DNA of 64,000 bases from Bilabrum cf. latius. Lineage: Eukaryota. Position 1 is the stretch's first letter. The number at the start of each line of letters is the position of its first letter. Below are positions 1 through 11,874 of this stretch, in pieces. A model generated the notes under the pieces. It saw nothing but the letters and a program-made list of their open reading frames with translations, was not told where the DNA came from and searched no databases. Made by a program: the position numbers and the translations under genes. The DNA is taken from positions 310,001-374,000 of the forward strand of contig OZ237770.1 in NCBI GenBank assembly GCA_965178125.1, written 5' to 3'.

Positions 1-699
1 GTTCCGCAGGGACCGCGGCGAGCCCCTCGACCCCTGCCGGCCAGAAGCAGAGGAAATGAGGCAGCAGGCACTCCTGAATACAGCGTGCTGCGAGTACGCC
101 TCTTGGCGTGGGGAAGACCCTGAAAGCTCGATCGGTGGATCCACGCTATGCAGCTACGTGTCCAATGTCTTTCGTGCGTATACTGGTATTAAGGAGACAG
201 AGTCTGATTCGTTGTTGACGTCAAATGAGATGATACGCGTCTGTGCCTAATAGGATAGGGCCAAGGTGGCAATGCAGGGAGCAAAGCACACGGTCCCTAG
301 GGCGGGGAACAGGAACAGGAAGCCATGTAGCGACGAGGCCAGTCGACGTGCAAAGGGAAAGAGGTGTATACCAGGGCTGCACTTTATTAAGGGCAAAACC
401 TTAATAACAGGACCCAAGCTCGGCCATTAAGGTGGGTATTAAGGAGATTTTCAAAATAATCCATGCTATTAAGATCGAGTCTCTGGATCCTGGTGATATC
501 TTCAGAATACTTGCAATCACGCATGATTTATAGCCCACAAATGATAAACAACATGCAACTAAACAACATAGTTTTGCAGTTATCCAGGCCGTGGCGCTGG
601 CTGGATAGCCACAAGCAGCCACTATACGCTTCACTTGTGCTTGGTCACCAAGGCTCGCAGAACCGTCAGGCTTGCATGGTACGGGTACGGGCTGTAGCG

Positions 700-1747
700 A
701 GAGCCCTTTAAGTGTACAGCGACCACTTGACGGGATGAAGGGTGGGCATGTACCGTGTAAAAGTAGCCTTCAGGTCCCAGGGTACAGACCACGATCCTGG
801 ATGGTGCACTTGAACACCCTTGCTGCAGCCATCACTTCGATTTGAACCCCCACACACCGTCCCGCCGCATAGTCCTCACGTACTACTGCGAGCTCAGCAT
901 CTTCTCCATGCCATCAGGCGTCTGCAGCATCTCCCCAACAACTGTCGAGCTCTTCTCGACCTCGTTTACGATGGCCAAGCGCAAACTTCGCGGCGATGAG
1001 GTCGTCGGACCCTTCGGAAGTAGCTGCACTCACGAATTGAACAAGCAGTTGCCGCCCCCTGCTGCCTGTCCGATGGCCTGCCGGGTAGATAACGATTACG
1101 TATGCCACAGATCCATCAACTCTGTACGGTCGATGGTGATCCCGGGCGCGAGTTCCTTGCTCAGGGCGGTAGCATGGTCAGCTTGCGCTGCGGCGGCACC
1201 TGCGTCTGCACCGGTCGGAGAAGCGCACTCTGTGCCTCCTCTACGCTAGGGCGCAATAGGCGATATATCCACCATATCCATCAGGTGGAACTCAACTGGT
1301 ACGTACATCCTGCGCAACGTCACGTGCTGCGAGCCAACTCAGCCTGGCTTCCAGCCGGTCGAAGTAAGCAGCCCTTGCCTCGCGGTATGCCTAAGCTTCG
1401 TACGAATCCATCAGCACCAGTCCATCTTCAGTAATGACGAATACAAAGCCAACGGCAGTGCTTGGTAGCGCCCACCACTTGTTCTTCTCGAGCCATGCCT
1501 TGCCAAAAACCGAGGAGCACGAACAGTCGGTGATTATATTGCTGATGAATTCATCCTCTTTAGTATCGCAGCGATGGCGTGCTTTCCCTTCGAATCCCAT
1601 GTCTTTGATGTGATTGCACGCTGCGTCCTCCAGCAAGACGCCAACGCTTTTGCTTCTGAAGCTATTAGGGCGCCCTGGTGCAAGCAGATGTAAGTCATCG
1701 TGATTCGTCAGCAGCTTATTAAGGTTAAGTGCAGCCCTGGTGTACAT
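700..1747 (-). pseudogene. Degenerate OTU-like cysteine protease sequence (possible transposon remnant)
   Basis: Manual minus-strand translation gives AIGQAAGGGNCLFNS (~1030-1075) and YVRTMRRDGVWG..IEVMAAARVF (~815-885), matching OTU motifs GDGNCLF and WGGxxE. Interrupted by TAA/TGA and frameshifts. Confidence 0.5.
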
Positions 1748-1966
1748 TTGCAGTATCAGAGGTATACTGCATTCAAGACGGTCCGGTCAAGACCCAGCCA
1801 TTCGGGGTCAAGCCTAGTAGGTCCGCGGGACTTAAGTACAGTGACCGGATTTGGAGTGCAACACGCTGTATAATCTGCATTCATTCAGCGCAAGCATTGC
1901 ATATAGCTTGTCAATTCCCCCGCTGCAACCTCAGCACCAGCGCACGTGACGGCTTCATCCACTCCT

Positions 1967-4651
1967 TCACACGGCCTCGGCCGCCTGGTGCTCTTCCTTC
2001 ACATCGATCGCCTTGTCGTCCTTCTTAGCAGTCCCTGGCTTGGTGTTCCTGCATTTGAAGAAGTAGGTGGCTGCTCCCACCATGACAGCAATTACGACGA
2101 CCACCACCACCACGATGATGATGACCATGCTGGCCCCTCCCTCGTCGTCATCTTCGTCCGTGGAAGGAGCCACAGCCTCCTCCACTTGCTGGTCCTCTTC
2201 TTGTACAGTGACCTCCGCGGCAGTACTCGTCGTATCAACCACCAGTAGCCGGGCCATCTCAACGGGCGCAGCCATCCTGAGCAGCCCCACCAGCGTCTCA
2301 TCATCGGACGTGGTCATGTTGCCACGCAGCAAGGCCAGGATATCCTGCCTCGTCTGCTCCACGTCGGTGCGCTCCAGCGGGATCGTTACGGTGAAATCCA
2401 GCTCGATGGCGGAAACACCATTTTCCTCTGAGCCCGAGGCCTGAAGGGAGCGGCCCCTGCTGGTCGAGGACGTTGTCAGCCGGTCGATGGCCACATCATC
2501 ACTTCTGGCCACGTCCTCGATGGCCGTGATGAAGGGAGTCAGCAGGTTTGACTGGAAGATGGGCGTGGTCACGCTCTACACTGTGGTCCTCGACACCGTG
2601 ATGCGGCTGCCCCTGCGCCTCGTGGGGGACGTGCATGTGTTCCTGCTGGCCGAGCACACGAGTCCACTTGCGCAGTTGGCCGTGGCGATGCAGGTCCTGC
2701 CCTGGGAGCACAAGGGACAGTTCTCAGTGGATGTGTCTCCGCAGTCAATGTCGGTCTCCTGACCGTTGATCTCACCATCACTGCATGTCGATCCCGTGAC
2801 ACTACCGGTGCTAGAAGTGCTCGGCGTCGGCGAGTTGCTGGGACTGCTGGTGATGCTCGGTGTGGGGGAGGTGCTGGGGATGCTGGTGATGCTCGGCGTG
2901 GGCGAGGTGCTGGGACTGCTGGTGATGCTCGGCGTGGGCGAAGTGCTGGGGCTGATGCTCGGCGTGGGCGAGGTGCTGGGACTGCTTGTGATGCTCGGCG
3001 TGGGCGAAGTGCTGGGGCTGATGCTCGGCGTGGGCGAGGTGCTGGGACTGCTTGTGATGCTCGGCGTGGGCGAAGTGCTGGGGCTGATGCTCGGCGTGGG
3101 CGAGGTGCTGGGACTGCTACTCGGGGTGGTTGACGGTGACGGTGACGGCAATACCACCTCATTAAACAAGATCCAAGTAGCCCCGCGATTATTGCCTTCC
3201 CCATCGTCATCGGAGACTGCCCCCACTGCGAGGTCGGTGGTGCCATCTCCGTCCAGATCGCCCAGGGATGCAACGGAAGATCCGAAGTAGTCATCATTGT
3301 CCAGCTCGCCGGTGAAGCTGCCTTTAGTAGAGGAGATCTTCTGGTGGGACTTGACAGTGCCGTCGGTGTGCAAGAAGAGGATCCAAGTAGCCCCGCGGTT
3401 TGAGCCTCCATCATCATCCCAGGTGGCCCCCACTGCGAGGTCGGTGGTGCCGTCTCCGTCTAGGTCGCCAAGGGATGCCACGGAATTTCCGAACTTGTCA
3501 CTATCGTTCAGCTCGCCGGTGAAGCCGCCTTCCGTAGAGGAGATCTTCTGGTGGGACTTGACGGTGCCGTTGGTGTGCAAGAAGAGGATCCAAGCAGCCC
3601 CTCCAGTGCTGCCTCCACCATAATACATTGGTAACCCCACTACAAAGTCGGTGGTGCCATCGCCGTCCAGATCGCCCAGGGATGCCAAAGAAGATCCAAA
3701 GTGGTACCCATAGCTGAGCTCGCCGGTGAAGCCGCCTTTAGTAGAGGAGATCTTCTGGTGGGACTTGACAGTGCCGTCGGTGTGCAAGAAGAGGATCCAA
3801 GCAGACCCGCGGTTTGAGCCTCCATCGCTATCCCAGGCGGCCCCCACTGCGAGGTCGGTGGTGCCATCTCCGTCCAGATCGCCCAGGGATGCCACGGAAG
3901 ACCCGAACTAGTCCCTATCGTTCAGCTCGCCGGTGAAGCTGCCTTCCGTAGAGGAGATCTTCTGGTGGGACTTGACGGTGCCGTTGGTGTGCAAGAAGAG
4001 GATCCAAGTAGCCCCGCGGTTTGAGCCTCCATCATCATCTTGGGGCACCCCCACTGCAAGGTCGGTGGTGTTATCTCCGTCCAGATCGCCCAGGGATGCC
4101 AAGGAATATCCGAAGTAGTCATTGTCGTCCAGCACGCCGGTGAAGCCGCCTTCCGTAGAGGAGATCTTCTGGTGGGACTTGACGGTGCCGTTAGTGTGCA
4201 TGAAGAGGACCCAAGTAGCACCGTGTTGTGTGGTTCCATCATTATCGAAGAGTACCCCCACTGCGAGGTCGGTGGTGCCATCTCCGTCCAGATCACCCAA
4301 GGACGCCACGGATTTTCCGAAATTGTCAGTTCTGCCTAGCTCGCCGGTGAAGCCGCCTTCCGTAGAGGAGATCTTCTGGTAAGATTTGACAGTCAACTTA
4401 GCTCCTGTCGAACTCAGCTCTCGCCTCAAAGAGCGCTCTGATGCCACAGCCATTACGAGGTTGTACCCCATGGCAGCGAATGCAGTTGGGGCAGCCGCCA
4501 CGGCCGCCGCAAGGATGCTGCAACAAGCAAAGAGGGCGGATTCAAAAAATAGAGCGTTCTCTTGAATGGAGTTGCCAAGAGTTGCTGCCAGGTGCGTGAG
4601 ATAAGAAGAAGGTGGACGCCGCTGCACGCGATTTGGAGGGGCACAGTCCAA
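1967..4651 (-). CDS. FG-GAP (integrin-alpha-like beta-propeller) repeat membrane protein with Pro/Ser/Thr stalk, Cys-rich motif and C-terminal TM helix
   Basis: ORFs 3908-4651, 2576-3895 and 1967-2572 are in one frame, separated only by TAG (3908-3910, 2576-2578). Six SLGDLDGDxTTD repeats, a PSxSPT tract, CSDGEINGQETDIDCG and a hydrophobic VIIIVVVVVVVIAVMVGAATYFF segment. Ends at TGA. Start uncertain. Confidence 0.85.
2820..3150 (-). repeat. Coding tandem repeat (SPSTSPTPSI[TS]), mucin-like stalk
   Basis: Alternating 30/36-nt units containing gatgctcggcgtgggcga are visible on the + strand. Confidence 0.9.
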
Positions 4652-5127
4652 CTTGTTGAACCAAAATCCTCACAGGCATGCCTTCGTGCCAGATGTTACA
4701 GACATTGTGTTGCTTTGCGGTTCTTTCATCTGGGATATTTCGAAGGGCATGAATCAAGTGAAATGCGTAGTATCGAGTTGTAGCACTGAAGGGACAAGCC
4801 TGGCGGTACTCGCAGGATACCATGCTTGGAGCTGGCAGTGTGCAACTGCTATGGAACAGTTGGTGAATCGCGTTTGTTTGGTGACACTAGGCTTTGCCGA
4901 CAAGTCTTGTGGGAAGTGTAGATGGGTCTTGGTTCTTCACCGTAGTCCACCACAAAGCATCTATATGGATCAACGAAACGATTGCCAAACAGCATCAGAA
5001 CGTTAAGTGCATGAAGTGCTAGTACTACTTAGTAATCTCACGTACGAGGCTGAATTCTACAAGGGGCTTGGGGCGAGAGACCTCTCGAAATCTGTATCAG
5101 CTGAATTGTGCTAATCGTAAAAATCAA

Positions 5128-5248
5128 ATGCTTTACTCACAAAGTAACGCGCGGTTTTCCGGAGCGCGCAGTACACGACCGCACGGGGTCCATACCTGCG
5201 TCTCCTACCGTAGTAGGCACCGCTCTAAGGTCGGACAACCCGACAAAC
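5128..5248 (+). repeat. Split direct repeat A1 (121 bp)
   Basis: atgctttactcacaaag...cgacaaac matches 14081-14201. Confidence 0.95.
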
Positions 5249-5279
5249 ACCAACCTCGTTAAGTACACTAACATTCGCC

Positions 5280-7444
5280 ATGGCTGCGGTTGCTCCCTCC
5301 CTCGAAGGCGCGCAGCGGGCGTTCATGTCAACGTGGACCGACCCCAGCTCAACTACCGACGCCTGCAATAGCACACTCCAGTGCCTCATCGACGTCAAGA
5401 CATGGAACAAGGACGCCTTTATCATCTTTCTCCGGGACTGGCTGTCTGGCTCCGCCGCGCCGCAAGCTCTGCACAGCGCAGTACGCTCGCGCGCCGATGC
5501 TCTGCCAGATAAGCTCTACACCGCCATCGTCGACCAGAAGCTGGCGTTCGCCGACAAAGCAGCTGGGACAATCATTTTTGCCCAATGCGTCGCGCATCTC
5601 CACAGCACCTTACGTCAATACCGCATTGAACTGTAGAGGTACACGACGGCCGTCAACAGAGCGGCTCAACGCCTCTTTCTGCTTGCCGCCATCCACCGGC
5701 TAACTTCGGGCGGCGCAGCCGGCGACGCGGCTCTCGTTGACCAACTCAAAACAGATGCCGCCTTCCTCACTACAAGCATCGAAACCGTGCGCGGCACCGT
5801 CGACTTCAGCTCCATGTCAGCCGTCGTCGCGGACGCTGCCACTGACCCTCTCCCTCCATTACAAGTCGGAGAGTACCCACACGGCGAGCCTTCGGCTGCT
5901 CCTCAGTCGCATTCCCGAGGTCAAAACGAACGTCATCACCGGCGAACACAGCTACCAGGCATTCCCAGACGACCTTACCGCCATCCTCGGGGCTGACTGC
6001 GACAACCTGTAGAAGTTCACCAAGACCAGCTCAGGGGTCTTGGGCATCATCGCTTCCGAAGTGCAGGCCAGAGCCGTTGCTCACAACCAACAAACTGTTG
6101 CTTTGGGAGCTCTTCTCCTGACGTCCGGACGGGGCCCCTCATCGGAGCCCGCGCCGGTGCCTCGCAGCGGCAGCAGTGACTCCGCTGCGGCGCCACTGGC
6201 CATCCTCAGCAGCGACCATCTCCTCTTCCCTCCCCGCATGCTCAAGGGCGTCGTCGTGCTAAAGGATAGGGCGGTGACTCGGGCAGCCTTCCTCGACGGC
6301 GCAGTCGCAACCAGCTTCGCCGACCAACTGGTAACATCGATGCACACCCTCAAGGCCGCGGTTCAAGACGACTTCACGGCTGACAAGCTGGGCCCGGGGT
6401 GCACCAGCTGCAGCTATCTACCGTTCAAGGAAGTGCTGTTCGATACCCCAGCTCAAGTGGCAGCCTCACACAGCGCGGTGGCTGCCTATTCCCCGCCCGC
6501 CGCGTACAGCACCGACTCTTCGTACCTGCTGCTGATGGCTCTGACCACGTGCTGCAACTCAGACGCTGGTCTCCCTGGCACCATACCAGCTCATCCCGCG
6601 GCCAGCAAGTCTGTGCACGCCAAGAAGGTTTACCTCATGGCAACCCCGCACGGGGCTCATCCACGTGGACTCGTCGACACCTGGTTGAAGGCGGCCGACC
6701 GTCTCTCCCGCAACCTCGAGACCGCCCTGCCTACGCTCCTGCCCGTAAAAATTTTCGGTCGCCATGCAGACCCTCCGGCAACATCCCGAACCATTCGCAG
6801 GAGCAAGCGCCATGCGGGACATACTGGGTTCCATCGCCGAAGCCCTTCTGTCCCACGTCGGCGTCAGCGTCAGCAAGGCTGAGCCGTACGCAGCACTGGA
6901 CCGCGGCCCATTAGCCGCGGCCGTCGCCAACACGCTGCTGGATCTACTCTTCATGGCTACAAAGCTGGCTACACACGTCTTCCCGCTCTTGCAGAAACTT
7001 CAGCTGTCCGACCATCGCATCATCGTGTTGCTCGGCGGCCTCCTTCACTGCGGCGTCATCAACCCCTTCGCGGCCCCAGCTCGACTCGACAAGCTTCAAG
7101 ACCTCCTCTGGCCCCCCCCACGCCCCTCCCAGCAGCCAGCCGCGAAGCAGGACCGTGCAGGGCACAAGCGCAGCGCCGAGTATGCACGCACTAGCCCAGA
7201 CTCCCGCCCGCCACCCTCCCAACAGCCACGCACGCCGACGGCCTCCTACGGAGGTGGCAGATCCGACACATACGGGTCTGGCCCAGCGACTGGCGGCGCT
7301 GCACAACGCTCAACCCACTCCACCAGCTCCCGGCCGCGGGGTGGTGGTGGTACATGGCAGCGAACCCCCAGCGGCTACGCGGGCGGCAGCGGGCGAGGTC
7401 GCGACCGGAGCTACTCAAACGGTTATCGCGGCCCTCGTCAATGA
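5280..7444 (+). pseudogene. Gag-like ORF1 of the Ngaro element, frameshifted
   Basis: ORFs 5280-5636, 5737-6012, 6040-6882 and 6764-7444 join via TAG (5634, 6010) and two +1 shifts in homopolymers (~5850 ccc, ~6752 tttt). Basic Gly/Arg-rich C-terminus. Called gag from position only. Confidence 0.65.
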
Positions 7445-7531
7445 CATGATGCCGTTGGTGTGTCAGACCGGCTCCAAGGAGCCCCGTCACTGCGCTTCCC
7501 ACAATAGTTCAGCTTCTCCCATCCGAGTACT

Positions 7532-9868
7532 GTGCGCATGTCTACCACACCACCGCCACCCCACCCCGCCCCACACACAGGGGCGGTCTCTCCTGCCCTC
7601 CGGACCCACCTCTCGCACTTCTTCCGCGACGAGGACTTCACGGCCCGCTGCACACCGTCAGCACTCCGCCTGCTCCGCGACCTGGTCACACAGGAGCACC
7701 GAACATACCTGGCCTCGAGCCGGCTGCCGCTCAGTCCCATTAAGGGTTTCTTGCGCGAGCACATCCGGCTTCGCCAAGCCCGAGCTGCACTGCTCGCCGA
7801 CATCCCGACGCCCGATGGCACACCGCCCATCGCTACACGCAGCTCCAACCCATGGGAACTCGCACGGGCCATTCTCATCGCATCTGGCGGACGGGCGCTG
7901 CTAGCTACTGGCACCAAGCTGCCACCAAAGCGACAGCTCCCTCCCTCAGCTATCAAGCTGCACTGCACGATCTGCCGAGCGTGCCGGGTGGCCGCCCCAT
8001 GCCTGGCGGCTCGTCTGCTTGAACGCATCGCCAGCTACGGCGTCCCGTTCTCAGCACATGTCCCTCTCCCGCCCGACCTGCCACTGCTGCGCTCCCTCCA
8101 CCGCGAGTGGCACCAAGCGCTGGCGGCAGCACGGCTGCGCACCACTCGGCAACTACTTCAACAAGACATCTTCGCCATCGAGTCAGCTATGACGGCTACC
8201 CCACCCCGGCCCTTCGACGCAGGGCACACTACGGAGAGCAGCGCCGGCCCGGACCACACGGTCCGCTCCGCCTTGCCTCCCGACGACGATCAGGTTATCC
8301 AGGACCACATAGAACAGCTGGTCTCTGCCGGCGACGCCGAGCAGATTCCGCCGTGCCCCGGTCCCACAGTGGCCACGGTCTTCCTCGTCTCGGGAAAATC
8401 CTGGTCTCCATGCGGCAACACACTGCTTGCCATTTCTGACGACTCTAAGAAGCCCCGCCTGATCATCAGTTTGGTCGCGGCTAACAACAGGCTCGGGCCG
8501 TCGCCTCACTTCAGCTACGACCAACTGGACCCCTACCTCTTCAGCTTATCAAACGGGTCCTTTATTTGCGGCTTCGACTGTCATGATGCCTTTCACTCTG
8601 TCCCACTTGACGAGGGTGCGGCGAAATGGTCAACCTTTCAACACCGCGGCCGCTACTACCGAGCCCTGTCTTTGCCATTCGGCGCAAGATTTTCGCCTAT
8701 CTATTTCTGCTTCATTAGCAGTCATATACCACAGGCCATTAAACGCCGTGCTGCTGGCCTGCCGCACGGGTACGTCTCCGTTCTTCAATATAGCGACGAC
8801 GGCTCCGCTGCAACCCCCAGCGAGATCGGTACCTTCGAATCTCTGCTCACAGCTTTGCTGGCCATACGGCTGATGGGCATGACTGTTAAGCGCTCCAAGC
8901 TTCAGCTCCCTGCGCAGCGACAGGAGCTACTCGGCTGTTCGATCATCACCGTTCCCAGTATCTCCATCACACTCACAGCCGGCAAAGCGGCCCGAGTTCG
9001 TAGACTACTAACCGTCGTCTACAAACTCTCCACTGAGCCTTCAGCATACTTCCCGCTCAAGGCCCTCGGCACACTGGCTGGCCTGATCGAGTACGCCGCA
9101 TGGGTCGTCCCGGGCGGGCATTGTCGCCGCAGAGGCTTCCACGCGGCCTGCTCCGCCGCAACCGGCCGACACCCGGCTCGCAACCCTTTCGCACTCCTCG
9201 AGGTGGCACAAAGACATCTTCAATTCATGGCGGAGCACTTCCCGCCAGCGGTAACACCTTGCGAGCTGCCCGGCTTTCACCTCCACCAGGCGCCGCGCGA
9301 TTTAGCGGAACCAGCAACCGCAGCCGTTTACGACGACACCGTACTTCCCCTCATCTGCGGGTATTCGGACGCTTCCGACACAAACATCGCTTTCTTTTTG
9401 AACGACAGCGATTCCGTTACGGTCGAGAACCTCCCGCGGGATCTGCGCTCTACAAGTTCGTGTGCACGTGAGCTGTTCGGTGTCTTGCAAGGCATTCGCG
9501 CTTGCCTTCGCTCGCACAGATATCCTGCGCGGATACGGTGGGCATGCGATAACACAGGCACTCTGTTTACGCTGCTACGCGGTTCCGCGAACCTGCCTGA
9601 CTTCGTCCAAGCTCGTCTGGAGCACACACTCGACGCCGTGCGAACCGCCGGATGCTACATTGAAGTGGCTTGGCTCCGACGCGACACTCCCCACATCGCT
9701 CTGTGCGACGCAGCGGGAAAGTTGTCTGACGATTAGTTTCTACTCTTCGCAGACTCCCTGCAATGCGGCATTCCGACAACTAGGCATCTATCGCGATCCG
9801 CAAGGCGCACGCTTTTCGGGTTTTAGCCCGATCCGGACGCTCCTCGCGTGCCAGCGGACCAGGTATAA
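7532..9868 (+). CDS. Reverse transcriptase-RNase H (DIRS/Ngaro pol)
   Basis: RT motifs FDCHDAFHSVPL, LPFGARFSP and QYSDD. RNase H motifs YSDASD, ARELFGV, CDNTG and DAAGK. Reads through TAG 9734 (and one more TAG) to TAA 9866-9868. Confidence 0.9.
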
Positions 9869-11532
9869 TTGTTCCGTCGTCCCGCGAGGATGTTGCATCT
9901 TCAACTTAGAGCTCGGCCGAGGAACCGACTCATGTGTCGCCGACCTCTGAGCTTACTTGGCGGTGCCACGCCCCGCCACCACCGCTGCTCCCGGAGGCGG
10001 TCGCGACCGACCGCCCCTTCCCATGGCCGCGCCTCGGGCACAACATCGGTCTGGGTCAGAAGCTCGCCGCCGGTTCTGCCCTCATCGAGGGCATGCGGTC
10101 TATTCCGTGGGGCGACATCCCCACGGCCATTTCGACCATGCAATTGCAGGCCCGGCCCTCCTTCGCGGACCTCACTCTGCTCGTGTACACAGCCCGGGCG
10201 GCAGATCTGGCGGAGTCCACGACTCAATCTTATATGGACAATGCCGACCGCCTCTTCAATTTTGCAGTGGACCACGGTCTACCTTTCCACCCGCTGGCTC
10301 TGCCGCAACTGCTCGCCGCCATCAACATCACGATGGGCACCGGTCCTAGTACCCTCAAGGGTTACTACAGCGCATGCGTCTGACTCTGGACATCGGTATT
10401 TGACATCACGATACCACAAGAGGTATCCAACTCCTGCCTCTGCTTCATTCGGACAGTCTCCCGCGGTCACGACGCGCTGGACGCCGGACCTACTCAGGCG
10501 CCTACCCTCTCGTACTACCACCTATTCAGGCTACTCGAGATCGGATTCAAGTCAGGCGACCCCCGCCGTCGCGCATTTGCGGCGGCTTTTCGATTTGGCA
10601 TGGCTTACGGCGCGAGAATCAGCGACCTCCTCCCACGGCTGCGCTCCGAATTCAAACAGTAGCGTACCGCAGACGGTATCACGCTCATTCTCAACATTCG
10701 GCGCAAATCTACAGGGGTGGGTGCACTACCCACGGTTTCTCGGCTCCCACTCGGGCCTGCGAGCGAGACCTTCAATAGTAATCCCCTCAGCCTGGCCGTG
10801 TGGCACTAGGTTCTGGACGACACCCGAGTCGATGAGTCGCCACTCATGTTCCAAGACCCCGCGGCACCTACACGGGCCTGGACGTACAAGGCGTGGTCGC
10901 AGATGCTCAGCACGCTCACCGCAGAAGCCTCCAACGGCGAGTTCTCTCTCTCGAAAACTCACACCATGAAGAGGACCGGTACGACAGCCCTAAAGGACGG
11001 GTAGGTTCGCGCTTCTACGGCAGGACACCAACTAGGATGGGGACCGGGCTCGCGCATGTAGGCGCACTACGAAAGCATGGTGACATCCACCGCAGACACC
11101 GAGTTACGCCGAGCCGAAACCATCATCACTGAAGTGATGCGCAGGCAAGCCGCTGCCATACTGCTTGACGCATAGCTCGTCGCCACCGGCACCACTGACG
11201 AAGAACCCGACCGGACCGCACCTGCAACGCCCCCCCCGGCCGACGCCGACCCTACCCCCGTCCCACAGGCATCTCCGACCACCGGGGCAGCAACAGCCGG
11301 ACTACTATCTTCCCCGCGATCTCGCCAGCGGCCGGCAACTAGAACCGGCCCCCGGCTACGACGGCGACCACAACCTGCCCCGGACTCTCCTGCAGCTGCC
11401 ATTCCGGCTGCGGGCGACGACACTGGGGGTGCAGCTGATGCTGCCCCAGAGCCCAGCCGAAGCCGCCCCGCGCCTGACCCGAAGCGATCCACACGACTCG
11501 CAGGCAAAACAGTGCGGACGCGGTTCAAATGA
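9763..11532 (+). pseudogene. Tyrosine recombinase (Ngaro YR), one premature TGA
   Basis: A single frame from ATG 9763 gives STLKGYYSACV, GMAYGARISDL (R), IRRKST (K), HTMKRTG, QLGW and M*AHY (Y). Seven in-frame TAGs (9781, 9907, 10660, 10807, 11002, 11059, 11173) and one TGA at 10381. The catalytic half is absent from the ORF track. Confidence 0.85.
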
Positions 11533-11729
11533 GACTCGAGCACCTCGTGTCTCCAGTCGACGCTCGCGGATGCGACACAAGCAGCCGACTGAGCGTCAAC
11601 CCCACCAACATGGGGCCCCTGACGCGGCGCACTACTATAAATAGGGCCTCACTGGCCCGGAGGTGAGTGCGCCAGGGACCCGCCCATCAACGAATGGACT
11701 GGGCACACTAGTGGGGTGACAGGCGGGTG

Positions 11730-11872
11730 GACATGCAGCCGGGATCTCGCCCCCGGAGGCAGTTCGATCGCCGGCTTGGGCCTGTCACCAATTAGCCACT
11801 AGTGTGTGTCCCGGTGGATAGATCCACCTCCATTTGTTGTACGTGCATAGAGTGGTTGCAACCGGGGAAAAC
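11730..11872 (+). repeat. Split direct repeat B1 (143 bp)
   Basis: gacatgcagccggg...accggggaaaac matches 14255-14397, with one mismatch seen. Confidence 0.95.
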
Positions 11873-11874
11873 AT

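Noticed and set aside
56-400. Second tyrosine-recombinase N-terminal fragment (STLCSYVSNV)
   Set aside because: Too short, followed by TAA, and no catalytic motifs found.
6745-6756. Programmed -1 frameshift at AAATTTT in gag
   Set aside because: The shift needed to join the ORFs is +1. A homopolymer indel (mutation or sequencing error) explains it, as at ~5850.
9869-11644. ORFs 9869-10969 and 11165-11644 as genes
   Set aside because: They are alternative-frame shadows of the TAG-containing recombinase.
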